Made by a program: the position numbers and the translations under genes
Shown here: piece by piece, positions 1-7,907 of the stretch
Layout of the letters: each line of letters starts with the position of its first letter
How positions within the stretch are numbered: position 1 is the stretch's first letter
Notes under the pieces: model-generated
Database searches by the model: none
What the model was told of the DNA's origin: nothing
What the model saw: the letters and a program-made list of their open reading frames with translations, nothing else
NCBI GenBank assembly: GCA_024275015.1
Contig: JAJRZW010000016.1
Span: 6,899-70,898, forward strand
DNA length: 64,000 nucleotides
From: Deltaproteobacteria bacterium
Lineage (GTDB): Bacteria; Desulfobacterota; Desulfobulbia; Desulfobulbales; JAJRZW01
Reading direction: 5' to 3'

Positions 1-965
1 CCCCAGACGGCAAATATTTTACCGCCAAGATCACCGATCACCTCACCGGCCCTGGCAAACAGCACCGCCTTCTGGCGATTATTGACCACGTCCACCGCCT
101 GCATGACCTCGGCGGCAATGCCGTTTTCCGCCGCGGTATTTATCAACGCCCTTACATCCTTGGGAAAGCAGGAACCACCGTAACCAAGACCGGGGAAAAG
201 AAACTTTGACCCGATGCGGGGGTCGTATCCGATGCCGACCCTTACATGGGCGATATCGGCCCCGACCTTGTCGCAGATGGCCGCGACCTCGTTCATGAAA
301 CTGATCCTTGTCGCCAACATAGCGTTGGCCGCGTACTTGGTCATCTCGGCGCTCTTCACGTCCATGGCAAGGAGACGATCGGAGGTCCGGCAGAACACGG
401 AATAAAGATCCCGCAGGAGCCCCCCCCCTTTTTCATCATCACAGCCGACCACGATACGGTCAGGCTTCATAAAGTCTTCAATGGCCGCGCCTTCCTTCAG
501 AAATTCAGGATTGGAGGCCACCGAGAATTCAAGATCAAGGCCGCGTTTGTCAATCTGTTCCTTGACCGCGGCCTCTACCTTCGCCGCCGTGCCGACCGGC
601 ACCGTGGACTTGGTCACGATCAGCTTGTAATCGTTCATCGTCCGGCCGATGGCGGCGGCGACGGAAAGAACCGCCCGCAGGTCGGCGCCGCCGTTTTCAC
701 CCTGGGGGGTGCCGACGGCGATGAAACAGAACAGCGAACTATTTACCGCGGCATCAAGGTCGGTAGTAAAACCCAGGCGCCCGGCCTTGCGGTTACGGGT
801 CACCATCTCGGAAAGCCCCGGTTCATAGATGGGGATTTCCCCGCGGTTCAGGCCCGCGACCTTGTCGGTGTCGATATCGACGCAGACCACGGTGTTACCC
901 ATATCGGCAAAACAGGCGCCGGTAACCAGACCGACGTAACCAGTGCCCACCATACATATCTTCAT
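1..965 (-). CDS. ugd: UDP-glucose 6-dehydrogenase, N-terminal ~321 codons (C-terminus off the left edge)
   Basis: Manual minus-strand translation from the ATG at 965..963 gives [51 protein letters not shown]... and later [17 protein letters not shown] and GGSCFPKD. These are the Rossmann N-terminus and catalytic Cys motif of UDP-glucose/GDP-mannose dehydrogenases. The frame is open to position 1. It is absent from the track because no stop lies in the window; the + ORF 246..995 is its antisense shadow. Confidence 0.85.
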   Translation of the reverse strand, partial: MKICMVGTGYVGLVTGACFADMGNTVVCVDIDTDKVAGLNRGEIPIYEPGLSEMVTRNRKAGRLGFTTDLDAAVNSSLFCFIAVGTPQGENGGADLRAVLSVAAAIGRTMNDYKLIVTKSTVPVGTAAKVEAAVKEQIDKRGLDLEFSVASNPEFLKEGAAIEDFMKPDRIVVGCDDEKGGGLLRDLYSVFCRTSDRLLAMDVKSAEMTKYAANAMLATRISFMNEVAAICDKVGADIAHVRVGIGYDPRIGSKFLFPGLGYGGSCFPKDVRALINTAAENGIAAEVMQAVDVVNNRQKAVLFARAGEVIGDLGGKIFAVW

Positions 966-1052
966 ATATTCAATTCCATTGTCATAACAAATTGAAGGAT
1001 CGAAAACAACAGATCATTACTGCCAAACAGATCATTGGCGAAAAAATCAAAA

Positions 1053-1304
1053 TCAACCGATACCCGGTGTCCAATCCGTAACAGACCTTTGGAAAAACCG
1101 TCCATGGCTTTTCCAAAGGTCTGTTATATTACGAAGGCCGGCAATCTTGTACCATTCGCTCCCGGCATAAGTTGTCCGGAACTCATCCGAAAGTCTCTGC
1201 GTTGACTCGGCAAGCACCTGCAGATTACGAATCACGGCATCCTGCACCAATCCATCTCGCATAAATGCCGCAAAATCAAGCCCGGCAACGATCTTCTCCC
1301 TCTG
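1053..1304 (-). pseudogene. Remnant of a DUF86/HepT-type (nucleotidyltransferase-substrate-binding, toxin-like) gene
   Basis: The frame reads ..GLDFAAFMRDGLVQDAVIRNLQVLAESTQRLSDEFRTTYAGSEWYKIAGLRNI, which resembles the DUF86 core (DAV.R.L..IGEA ... W..I.G.RN). There is an in-frame stop ~14 codons upstream of the M. The expected RN..H.Y C-terminus is replaced by sequence from a family A mini-repeat (1079..1125). Confidence 0.4.
1079..1125. repeat. Family A repeat, minimal palindromic form (both termini plus one hairpin)
   Basis: The sequence is TAACAGACCTTTGGAAAAACCGTCCATGGCTTTTCCAAAGGTCTGTTA. It carries the same termini (TAACAG..CTGTTA) and GCCATGGAC-type hairpin as the full-length copies. 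Confidence 0.7.
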
Positions 1305-1382
1305 TCAGTTGTATCATCTGAAATCCGCCCATCATACAACCTCTTTTCTTCCATCCCGGGAAAACAAGATGATTTCAACAAC

Positions 1383-2789
1383 TCAGCAACGATCCCGGCC
1401 GTAAACATCCTCGAATCTGACAATATCGTCCTCGCCAAGATAACTGCCGGACTGGACCTCGATCAGTTCAAGGGGTATTACCCCGGGATTCTCCAGCCGG
1501 TGTTTTTCCCCAAGGGGAATATAGGTTGACTGGTTCTCGGAAAGGGTAATGACCTTGTCGCCGTTGGTCACCCTGGCGGTGCCCTTGACCACGATCCAGT
1601 GCTCGGCCCGATGATGGTGCAGTTGACAGGAAAGGGTCGCCCCCGGTTTTACCACGATCCGCTTGACCTGGAAGCGGGCGTCACTGTCGATAGATTCATA
1701 AGAGCCCCAGGGACGATAGACCTTGCGATGCAGGACGGCCTCACTGCGTTGCCGGTCTCTCAGCAGCCGCACCACCGCCTTGACATCCTGGGACCTGTCC
1801 CGGGGAATCACCAGGACCGCGTCCGCGGTCTCGACCACCACCATATCCTCAAGCCCGACCGCGGCCACCAAGCGGCTTTCGCCCCGAACATAACAATTGT
1901 TCAGGTCCATGGCGACGACGTTGCCGCTGATGGCGTTACCATGATCGTCTTTCGCCGAAACACCCCACAGGGATTCCCAGGAGCCGACATCGCTCCAGCC
2001 GCAGTCAACCGGAACGCACCAGGCCTTTTTTGTCTTTTCCATTACCGCGTAGTCAATGGAATCAGCCGGACACCGGGAAAAATCATCGGCCGGGATCCGG
2101 ATAAAGTCAAGGTCGTTTTCCCTCTTCTCGTAAGCGGCCCGGGATTTTTCATAAATTTCCGGGGAATTCCCGGCCAGTTGCTCAAGGAAAGCTTTGGCCC
2201 GGAACATGAACATGCCGCTGTTCCACAGGTACTCACCGCTGTCGACATATTCACGGGCCCGGTCAAGATCCGGCTTTTCGACAAAGGCCGCGACCTCCCC
2301 GCCCCCGGCGGCGCCGTCTTTCATCTTTATGTAGCCGTAGCCGGTCTCGGGCGACGATGGTTTGATCCCGAAGGTAACCAGAAAACCATCTTCCGCCGCC
2401 CGCATGGCCCTGAGCGCCCCGACCCAGAAATCTTCCGGCCTGGTGATGACGTGGTCGGCGGGCATGACCAGAAGAACCGGGTCGTCGTCAACCACCTCAA
2501 GGGCGGCAAGGGCGACCGCCGGGGCGGTATTGCGTCCGCAGGGCTCAAGGATTATCCGCCCCTTTATTCCGACCTCCTGGAGCTGCTCGGCGATCATGAA
2601 ACGATGTTCGTGATTGCATACCACCACCGGATCGCCGACACTCTCCATAGCGGCAAAACGGGTCACCGTCTCCTGAAGCATCGACCCCCCGGCGGTCAGG
2701 GATATCAATTGTTTGGGAAAGGCCGAACGGGACAGCGGCCACAACCTGGTGCCGGAACCGCCGGCGATGACAACGGGAATAATATTCAT
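1383..2789 (-). CDS. manC: Mannose-1-phosphate guanylyltransferase / mannose-6-phosphate isomerase (bifunctional ManC/CpsB type)
   Basis: Track ORF 1383..2810. MNIIPVVIAGGSGTRLWPLSR is the sugar-nucleotidyltransferase N-terminus, and the C-terminal cupin reads HHHRAEHWIVVKGTARV. The start is moved to the internal MNIIPVV (2789); 2810 remains possible. Confidence 0.9.
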   Translation of the reverse strand: MNIIPVVIAGGSGTRLWPLSRSAFPKQLISLTAGGSMLQETVTRFAAMESVGDPVVVCNHEHRFMIAEQLQEVGIKGRIILEPCGRNTAPAVALAALEVVDDDPVLLVMPADHVITRPEDFWVGALRAMRAAEDGFLVTFGIKPSSPETGYGYIKMKDGAAGGGEVAAFVEKPDLDRAREYVDSGEYLWNSGMFMFRAKAFLEQLAGNSPEIYEKSRAAYEKRENDLDFIRIPADDFSRCPADSIDYAVMEKTKKAWCVPVDCGWSDVGSWESLWGVSAKDDHGNAISGNVVAMDLNNCYVRGESRLVAAVGLEDMVVVETADAVLVIPRDRSQDVKAVVRLLRDRQRSEAVLHRKVYRPWGSYESIDSDARFQVKRIVVKPGATLSCQLHHHRAEHWIVVKGTARVTNGDKVITLSENQSTYIPLGEKHRLENPGVIPLELIEVQSGSYLGEDDIVRFEDVYGRDRC

Positions 2790-3049
2790 GCATGACACTC
2801 TGAAGTTCACTGTTATTGCCAGGGGCCGGAATCAATAATTCCGTCCACCGTCAGTTCATATTCTTTTTTCATCTTCTCAACATAGCCGAAATCAGGCACC
2901 GCCAGCAGATCATAAGGAAAAGTACGGAGACGATACCCCAAAACCTCCGGTGCTACAATACATTTGTTAGACGCGGCGACAATAACACGACCCCAGTCAG
3001 ATGATTCACCCCGCGCCGCCCTGCGGGGCGCCCGGTAACGGATTTAAGG

Positions 3050-4330
3050 TTAAAGCCTGCCGTCAACCTGGTCTGCCGGGAATACATGTTTGACGTCAAA
3101 GACCACCGCGCCCTTACGGCCAAAGCCCCTTATGGTCTCAATCCCCATGGCGACAAACTCGTCATGGGCCACGGCAAGGATTATCGCGTCACAGACACCG
3201 ATTGCCGGAGCCGCTGTCTGGTTCACGCCCAAGGCGCCGGCCTGGCCCGGATCGACCCGGGGATCATACACCTCGACCCGGGCGCCGTATTCCTCGAATT
3301 CACGAACGATATCCACCACCCGGGTATTTCTCAGATCCGGACAGTTTTCCTTGAACGCCAGTCCCAACACAAGAATCCTCGACCCGGCAATGGCGATTTT
3401 CGCCTTAAGCATCAACCGCACCACCCGGCCAACCACATGTTCGGCCATCCGGTCATTTATCCGCCGCGAGGCCAGGACAAGCTCCGGATGCACCCCGACA
3501 TCCTGGGCCTTCTGGATCAGGTAATAGGGGTCGATACCGATACAATGCCCGCCGACCAGACCGGGACGGAAGGGGAGAAAATTCCATTTGCTCCCGGCCG
3601 CCGCCAACACGTCCATGGTGTCGATGCCCATGCGGCTGAAAATGATCGCAAGCTCGTTCATCAACGCGATGTTCACGTCCCGCTGCACGTTTTCGATAAC
3701 CTTGGCTGCCTCGGCGACCCTGATGGAAGAGGCCATGAAGGTCCCGGCCGGAATGATGGCGGCGTAGAATTTATTTACCAGTTCCGCCGCCTCCGGAGTA
3801 GAACCCGAGGTCACTTTGATGATGCCGGTGAGACGGTGGGTCCGGTCGCCGGGATTGATCCGCTCGGGGCTGTAGCCGACAAAGAAGTCACGGTTGAATT
3901 CAAGGCCGCTCTCCGCCTCCAGCACCGGCACACACACCTCTTCGGTGGCCCCGGGATAGACGGTTGACTCGTACACCACCACCGCCCCCGGCCGCATCCA
4001 CGCCGCCACCGTGCGGCTGGCACCGATTACCGGGGACAGATCCGGACGTTTATGGCGGTCAACCGGGGTCGGGACGGCAATGATGTATAAATCGCAGTCA
4101 TCAAGCCCGGCAGCAGCAGAGGTAAAAGTTAGTCCCCGGCCAATGGCGGCGTCCAGTTCATCCCCGTCCACCTCGCCGGTATGATCATTACCACTACCAA
4201 TCTCCCCTACCCGCTCCGGGTCGAGGTCAAAACCGATCACCGCGAATTTACGCGATATTTCAACCGCAAGCGGCAGGCCCACATAACCAAGGCCAACCAC
4301 CGCGACCCGTATGTTTTCAAGTTTCAGCAT
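3050..4330 (-). CDS. Nucleotide-sugar 6-dehydrogenase (TviB/WbpO/CapL-like UDP-N-acetyl-hexosamine dehydrogenase family)
   Basis: Track ORF 3050..4489. It contains MLKLENIRVAVVGLGYVGLPLAVE..GFDLD..RV..I..G and GGHCIGIDPYY (catalytic Cys). The start is moved to M54 (4330) because the upstream 53 codons run through a family A repeat. Confidence 0.85.
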   Translation of the reverse strand: MLKLENIRVAVVGLGYVGLPLAVEISRKFAVIGFDLDPERVGEIGSGNDHTGEVDGDELDAAIGRGLTFTSAAAGLDDCDLYIIAVPTPVDRHKRPDLSPVIGASRTVAAWMRPGAVVVYESTVYPGATEEVCVPVLEAESGLEFNRDFFVGYSPERINPGDRTHRLTGIIKVTSGSTPEAAELVNKFYAAIIPAGTFMASSIRVAEAAKVIENVQRDVNIALMNELAIIFSRMGIDTMDVLAAAGSKWNFLPFRPGLVGGHCIGIDPYYLIQKAQDVGVHPELVLASRRINDRMAEHVVGRVVRLMLKAKIAIAGSRILVLGLAFKENCPDLRNTRVVDIVREFEEYGARVEVYDPRVDPGQAGALGVNQTAAPAIGVCDAIILAVAHDEFVAMGIETIRGFGRKGAVVFDVKHVFPADQVDGRL

Positions 4331-4422
4331 ATTCAAAACAAGATATGGCCATTTCACCTTGTTTGGCAAGATTTTTCTCACCACCTTGTCCCTTGATGGA
4401 CTCTTAATTCCCCGCAGAGGCG

Positions 4423-4535
4423 TATTCGGCGATTTCCGGGCTGAAAAGTCCAGTGAAATCGAGAGGTTGAATGAAACTTGTTTTACCAAACCGACGGTTG
4501 AAAAAGCCAGGACGGCTTTCTCAACACTCTGCTAA
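4423..4535 (+). repeat. Family A repeat, partial (modules 2-5)
   Basis: The sequence is ..CGGCGATTTCCGGGCTGAAAAGTCCAGTGAAATCGAGAGGTTGAATGAAACTTGTTTTACCAAACCGACGGTTGAAAAAGCCAGGACGGCTTTCTCAACACTCTGCTAA. Confidence 0.75.
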
Positions 4536-4700
4536 GCCGTCACAGATTCAGGATAAGGTGAGCGATAGACGACCATATCCCGCCATGGAGGATCGAGTGA
4601 ACAAAAACGCGCTACGGGCCATCATCCTTTGACAAGTATCTGTATCACAAGGATAATTGAAAAAACAAAAAACAACGCGCCGGGAGAACAAAAACCCACC

Positions 4701-6614
4701 ATGAACAAAAAAGACAAACAGGCGGCAACACCGGCGGAGACCATGGCCTTTCTCCATTCCACCCTGCCCTTTCACGACCTTGACCAGGAATCCCTTCACC
4801 GTCTCGCCCTCAGGACCCTGATCGATTTCTATCCCGCCGACACGATCATCTCCCACCAGGATGAAACCGAAATCACCCATCTCCACATCATCCAGAAAGG
4901 GGCGGTTAAACTTTTCCTGACCGACCGGGACGGCGGAGTAAGCCTGCAGGATTTTCGCGGTGAAGGGGAATACTTCGGCGCCCTGCCGATAATCCAGGGC
5001 ACCAGGGCCAACCTTACGGTCAAAACCGAGGAGGATACATTCTGTCTTCTGATCCCCAGGGAAGATTTCGAACAGCTTCTGGCCTCGGAACCGGCAGTGA
5101 CCCGCTTCTTTCTTCACAGTCTGTCGGAAAAAATGGTCAAAACCGCCTATTCCGAATTATCCCGCAACCGGATATCCCCCCGCGGCGACGGAGCGATGGT
5201 TCTGTTCAACGCCCTTTCCGACTCAATCATGACCGAGCCGGAAATCATCGACGCCTCTGATTCGGTTATCAAAGCGGCGCAGACCATGGCCGAGCGGGGT
5301 ATCGGCTCGATCCTGGTCCGTCTTGACCATGGCCGGATAAACGGGATCATCACCGACAAGGACCTGCGCACCCGGGTGGTGGCCCGGGGACTTGCCTACA
5401 ACACCCCGATCGCCGAGGTCATGACCTCGCCACTGACGACCATAGCCCCGACCGCGACATGTTTTGACGCCCTGATAAAAATGATGCGCCAGGGCGTCCA
5501 CCACCTCGCCGTTGCCGATGGCGAGGAAATTTCCGGGGTAATCACCACCCATGACATCATGGTTCTCCAGGGGACTTCGCCGTTGTACATCCTCCGGGAG
5601 ATCATGGCCCAAAAAGAGATCAGCGGCCTGTATCCCCTGGCGCAGAGGGCTCCGGAAATGATCCGGGCCATGCTTGACGATGGGGCCAGGGCCGACAACA
5701 TCACCCGCCTGATCACAGTACTGAACGATCATATTCTCGAGCGCCTCCTCACCCTCCTCGAGGAAGAAATGGGGCCGCCGCCTGGACGTTATTGCTGGCT
5801 CCTGATGGGCAGTGAAGGCCGCCGCGAACAGACCTTTAAAACCGACCAGGACAACGGTATCATCTACGAAGATGGTCTTGAAAAAGAAGATATCGGCTAT
5901 TTTAAAAAATTCGCCGAAACCGCCATTGAACACCTGGTCGCCTGCGGCTATCCCCGCTGCCCCGGCGAAATAATGGCATCGAACCCCAAATGGTGCCGCC
6001 CCCTATCCGACTGGAAACGCTACTTCAATAACTGGATATCAAATCCCGAACCCCGCGAGGTTCTTAACTCCACCATATTCTTTGATTTCCGCGCCGGTTT
6101 CGGTGACCTGTCGCTGGCAGAGGAACTGCGTGATTCCCTGGCCCACCAAACAGAGCGAAAAGATATATTTCTCCTCCATATCGCCCGCGATTGCCTTGAA
6201 AGTCGTCCGCCATTAAGTTTTTTCCGCAATTTTCTGGTCGAAAAAAACGGCGAACACAAAAACAGACTTGATCTCAAGACCCGGGGGATGGTCCCCTTTG
6301 TCGATTTCGCCCGCCTCTATTCCCTTAAACACGCGGTCACCGAAACCAATACCATCACCCGTCTCGGTCGCCTCGGCGCCGGTGGACATATTGCCCAGGC
6401 ATTAATCGAAGAGACCGTTGAGGCCTATGAATTCATCATGCACCTGCGCCTCATCCACCAACTGGACCTCCTGAACCGGGGACAGGAACCCGACAACTAC
6501 ATCAATCCCGCCTTCCTGAGCGACCTTGAAAAACAGACGCTCAAAGAGGCCTTCGCGGTGATCACCAGGCTGCAGAACCACATCAGGCTTGACTATCAGA
6601 TGGCTGAAGGATAA
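4701..6614 (+). CDS. Cyclic-nucleotide-binding + tandem CBS + DUF294-type putative nucleotidyltransferase
   Basis: Track ORF 4629..6614 (TTG start); ATG at 4701 preferred. It has an N-terminal cNMP-binding fold (GEGEYFGALPII), CBS pairs (ILVRLDHGRINGIITDKDL, HHLAVADGEEISGVITTHDI), then WLLMGSEGRREQTFKTDQDNGIIY (nucleotidyltransferase G-S..D.D). Confidence 0.8.
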   Translation: MNKKDKQAATPAETMAFLHSTLPFHDLDQESLHRLALRTLIDFYPADTIISHQDETEITHLHIIQKGAVKLFLTDRDGGVSLQDFRGEGEYFGALPIIQGTRANLTVKTEEDTFCLLIPREDFEQLLASEPAVTRFFLHSLSEKMVKTAYSELSRNRISPRGDGAMVLFNALSDSIMTEPEIIDASDSVIKAAQTMAERGIGSILVRLDHGRINGIITDKDLRTRVVARGLAYNTPIAEVMTSPLTTIAPTATCFDALIKMMRQGVHHLAVADGEEISGVITTHDIMVLQGTSPLYILREIMAQKEISGLYPLAQRAPEMIRAMLDDGARADNITRLITVLNDHILERLLTLLEEEMGPPPGRYCWLLMGSEGRREQTFKTDQDNGIIYEDGLEKEDIGYFKKFAETAIEHLVACGYPRCPGEIMASNPKWCRPLSDWKRYFNNWISNPEPREVLNSTIFFDFRAGFGDLSLAEELRDSLAHQTERKDIFLLHIARDCLESRPPLSFFRNFLVEKNGEHKNRLDLKTRGMVPFVDFARLYSLKHAVTETNTITRLGRLGAGGHIAQALIEETVEAYEFIMHLRLIHQLDLLNRGQEPDNYINPAFLSDLEKQTLKEAFAVITRLQNHIRLDYQMAEG

Positions 6615-6623
6615 AGGCTGACC

Positions 6624-7328
6624 ATGTTTTTTTTAAAGAAGAAATCCGCCCTGAATTGCGAAGATCCCGGCGTTGCCGATAAACGAACATTTTACCGCCT
6701 TGACCTTGACCGGCCCTTTGCGGACTTTGATTTTGTCGTCTTTGATACCGAGCTGACCGGACTGAAACCGAAAAAGGACGAAATAATCTCCATCGGCGCG
6801 GTCAGAATAAAAAAAATGCGCATCGCCGCCGCCGACACCTTTCACCAGTACGCCGTCCCGGACAGGAATATTCCCACCGCCGGAACCATGGTCCACCGTA
6901 TCACTCCTGATGAACTGAAAAACGCGCGACCGATCACCAGGGTTCTGCCGGAATTCGTGCGTTTCTGCGGCAGATCCATCCTGGTCGGACATTTCATCGG
7001 CCTTGACATGTCCTTTGTCAACCGGGCCCTGAAAAAACATTTTCACTGCCGCCTCCACAATCCATGTCTTGACACCATGGTCATGGCCCGTCTCTACCAG
7101 GAAAAATGCCGGGAAGGATTTCACGACCGCTTTGACCTCAGGGTCTCGTACAATCTTCAAGACCTGAGCCACCAATTCAGTCTGCCCATATTTGCCGCCC
7201 ACGACGCCCTGGAAGACGCCATGCAGACCGCCTACCTCTTCCTCTACCTCGTTCGCAAACTTGAGCAATCGGGCTACACCACCCTGAAAGACATCCACCG
7301 GGCCAGAGGAAGCTTACCCGTCCGTTGA
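6624..7328 (+). CDS. DEDD-family 3'-5' exonuclease (DnaQ/PolIII epsilon-like)
   Basis: Exo motifs FVVFDTELTGL, ISIGAV, VGHFIGLDMSF and HDALEDA are present. It lies immediately downstream of the DUF294 gene. The stop codon (7326..7328) lies inside a family A repeat. Confidence 0.8.
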   Translation: MFFLKKKSALNCEDPGVADKRTFYRLDLDRPFADFDFVVFDTELTGLKPKKDEIISIGAVRIKKMRIAAADTFHQYAVPDRNIPTAGTMVHRITPDELKNARPITRVLPEFVRFCGRSILVGHFIGLDMSFVNRALKKHFHCRLHNPCLDTMVMARLYQEKCREGFHDRFDLRVSYNLQDLSHQFSLPIFAAHDALEDAMQTAYLFLYLVRKLEQSGYTTLKDIHRARGSLPVR

Positions 7329-7471
7329 AAAACGGACGGGTAAGCGGCGCATGGACACGCCGCCGATTTTGCCGGGTTGAAAACCCCGGTGAAATCGAGA
7401 GGTTGGCCGGAACTTGTTTTGGCCAACCGGATAGAGAAAAAGCCATGGACGGCTTTTTCAACGGTCTGTTA
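7316..7471 (+). repeat. Family A repeat, full length
   Basis: All five hairpin modules are present: CCCGTCCGTTGAAAAACGGACGGG / GGCGCATGGACACGCCGCC / CCGGGTTGAAAACCCCGG / GGTTGGCCGGAACTTGTTTTGGCCAACC / GAAAAAGCCATGGACGGCTTTTTC, ending ..GGTCTGTTA. Confidence 0.85.
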
Positions 7472-7553
7472 TGTACGCCGCGTTCAATATCTGACCCCGG
7501 GAATCTGTTGCCGCTCAGGGGTATATTCAGTAGTATTATTTAATGACGGCAAT

Positions 7554-7791
7554 GACGGCGTCGTAAAAAGTCGCAAATCATCATTTTTGATGAAGTCGTA
7601 ACAAGTATCTTGAACGGAAGTAGATCCACGTAATTTCAATAAGTTACAAGCGCAATTATCGTTAGCCCGTAATTTATTGCGAGGCCAACATTTTTGTCAT
7701 TCCTGACCTGATCCGGAATCATGAGATGAAACACATTATGGATTTCGGCCTTCGCCGGAATGACGGCAATAAGGTTTTTTTGCAAAATCAT
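7554..7791. repeat. Family B repeat carrying a 99-bp nested insertion (7590..7688)
   Basis: It aligns to 13697..13827 (GGCGTCGTAAAAA..GCAAATCATCATTTTTGTCATTCC.GAC.TGATCCGGAATCATG.GATGAAACACATTATGGATT.CGG.CTTCGCCGGAATGACGG). The insertion is flanked by the direct repeat CATTTTTG (7582..7589 and 7689..7696). Confidence 0.7.
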
Positions 7792-7907
7792 CATTAATAT
7801 AGATATTTCTCGTATGGTAATTCACTCCGGGATATATCTGTTTGCAGATAAATTCGATTCTACGCCCATGCCATCCGGCCATCCTCAGCCTTCAGACTGT
7901 AAAAACA

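Noticed and set aside
246-995. Long + strand ORF (249 aa), and similar long ORFs antisense to real genes (for example 1599-2795 +, 3086-3967 +, 14477-15598 +, 20724-21854 +, 42203-43327 +, 47697-48878 +, 57492-58736 -).
   Set aside because: Each lies fully inside, and opposite to, a gene with unmistakable family motifs (ugd, manC, leuB, ilvB, prmC, rluD, cysS). Their translations are Gly/Arg/Pro-rich and low in complexity, as expected for antisense frames of GC-rich coding DNA.
2817-3010. Open frame on the minus strand between manC and the sugar dehydrogenase (..DWGRVIVAASNKCIVAPEVLGYRLRTFPYDLL..).
   Set aside because: It has no start codon before the last ~30 codons, and its 5' side is interrupted by a family C fragment. 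I could not assign a family. It is treated as a gene remnant and mentioned under the HepT finding only.
4331-4489. N-terminal extensions of track ORFs: 3050-4489, 4629-6614, 7842-9296, 11878-12372, 17825-18640, 30561-30926, 34781-35857, 42416-43384, 49267-49806, 51721-52812 and 54072-54422.
   Set aside because: The track takes the most upstream ATG/GTG/TTG. These extensions run through repeats, tRNA-flanking DNA or the preceding gene. The family N-terminal signatures begin at an internal Met, usually with a visible SD.
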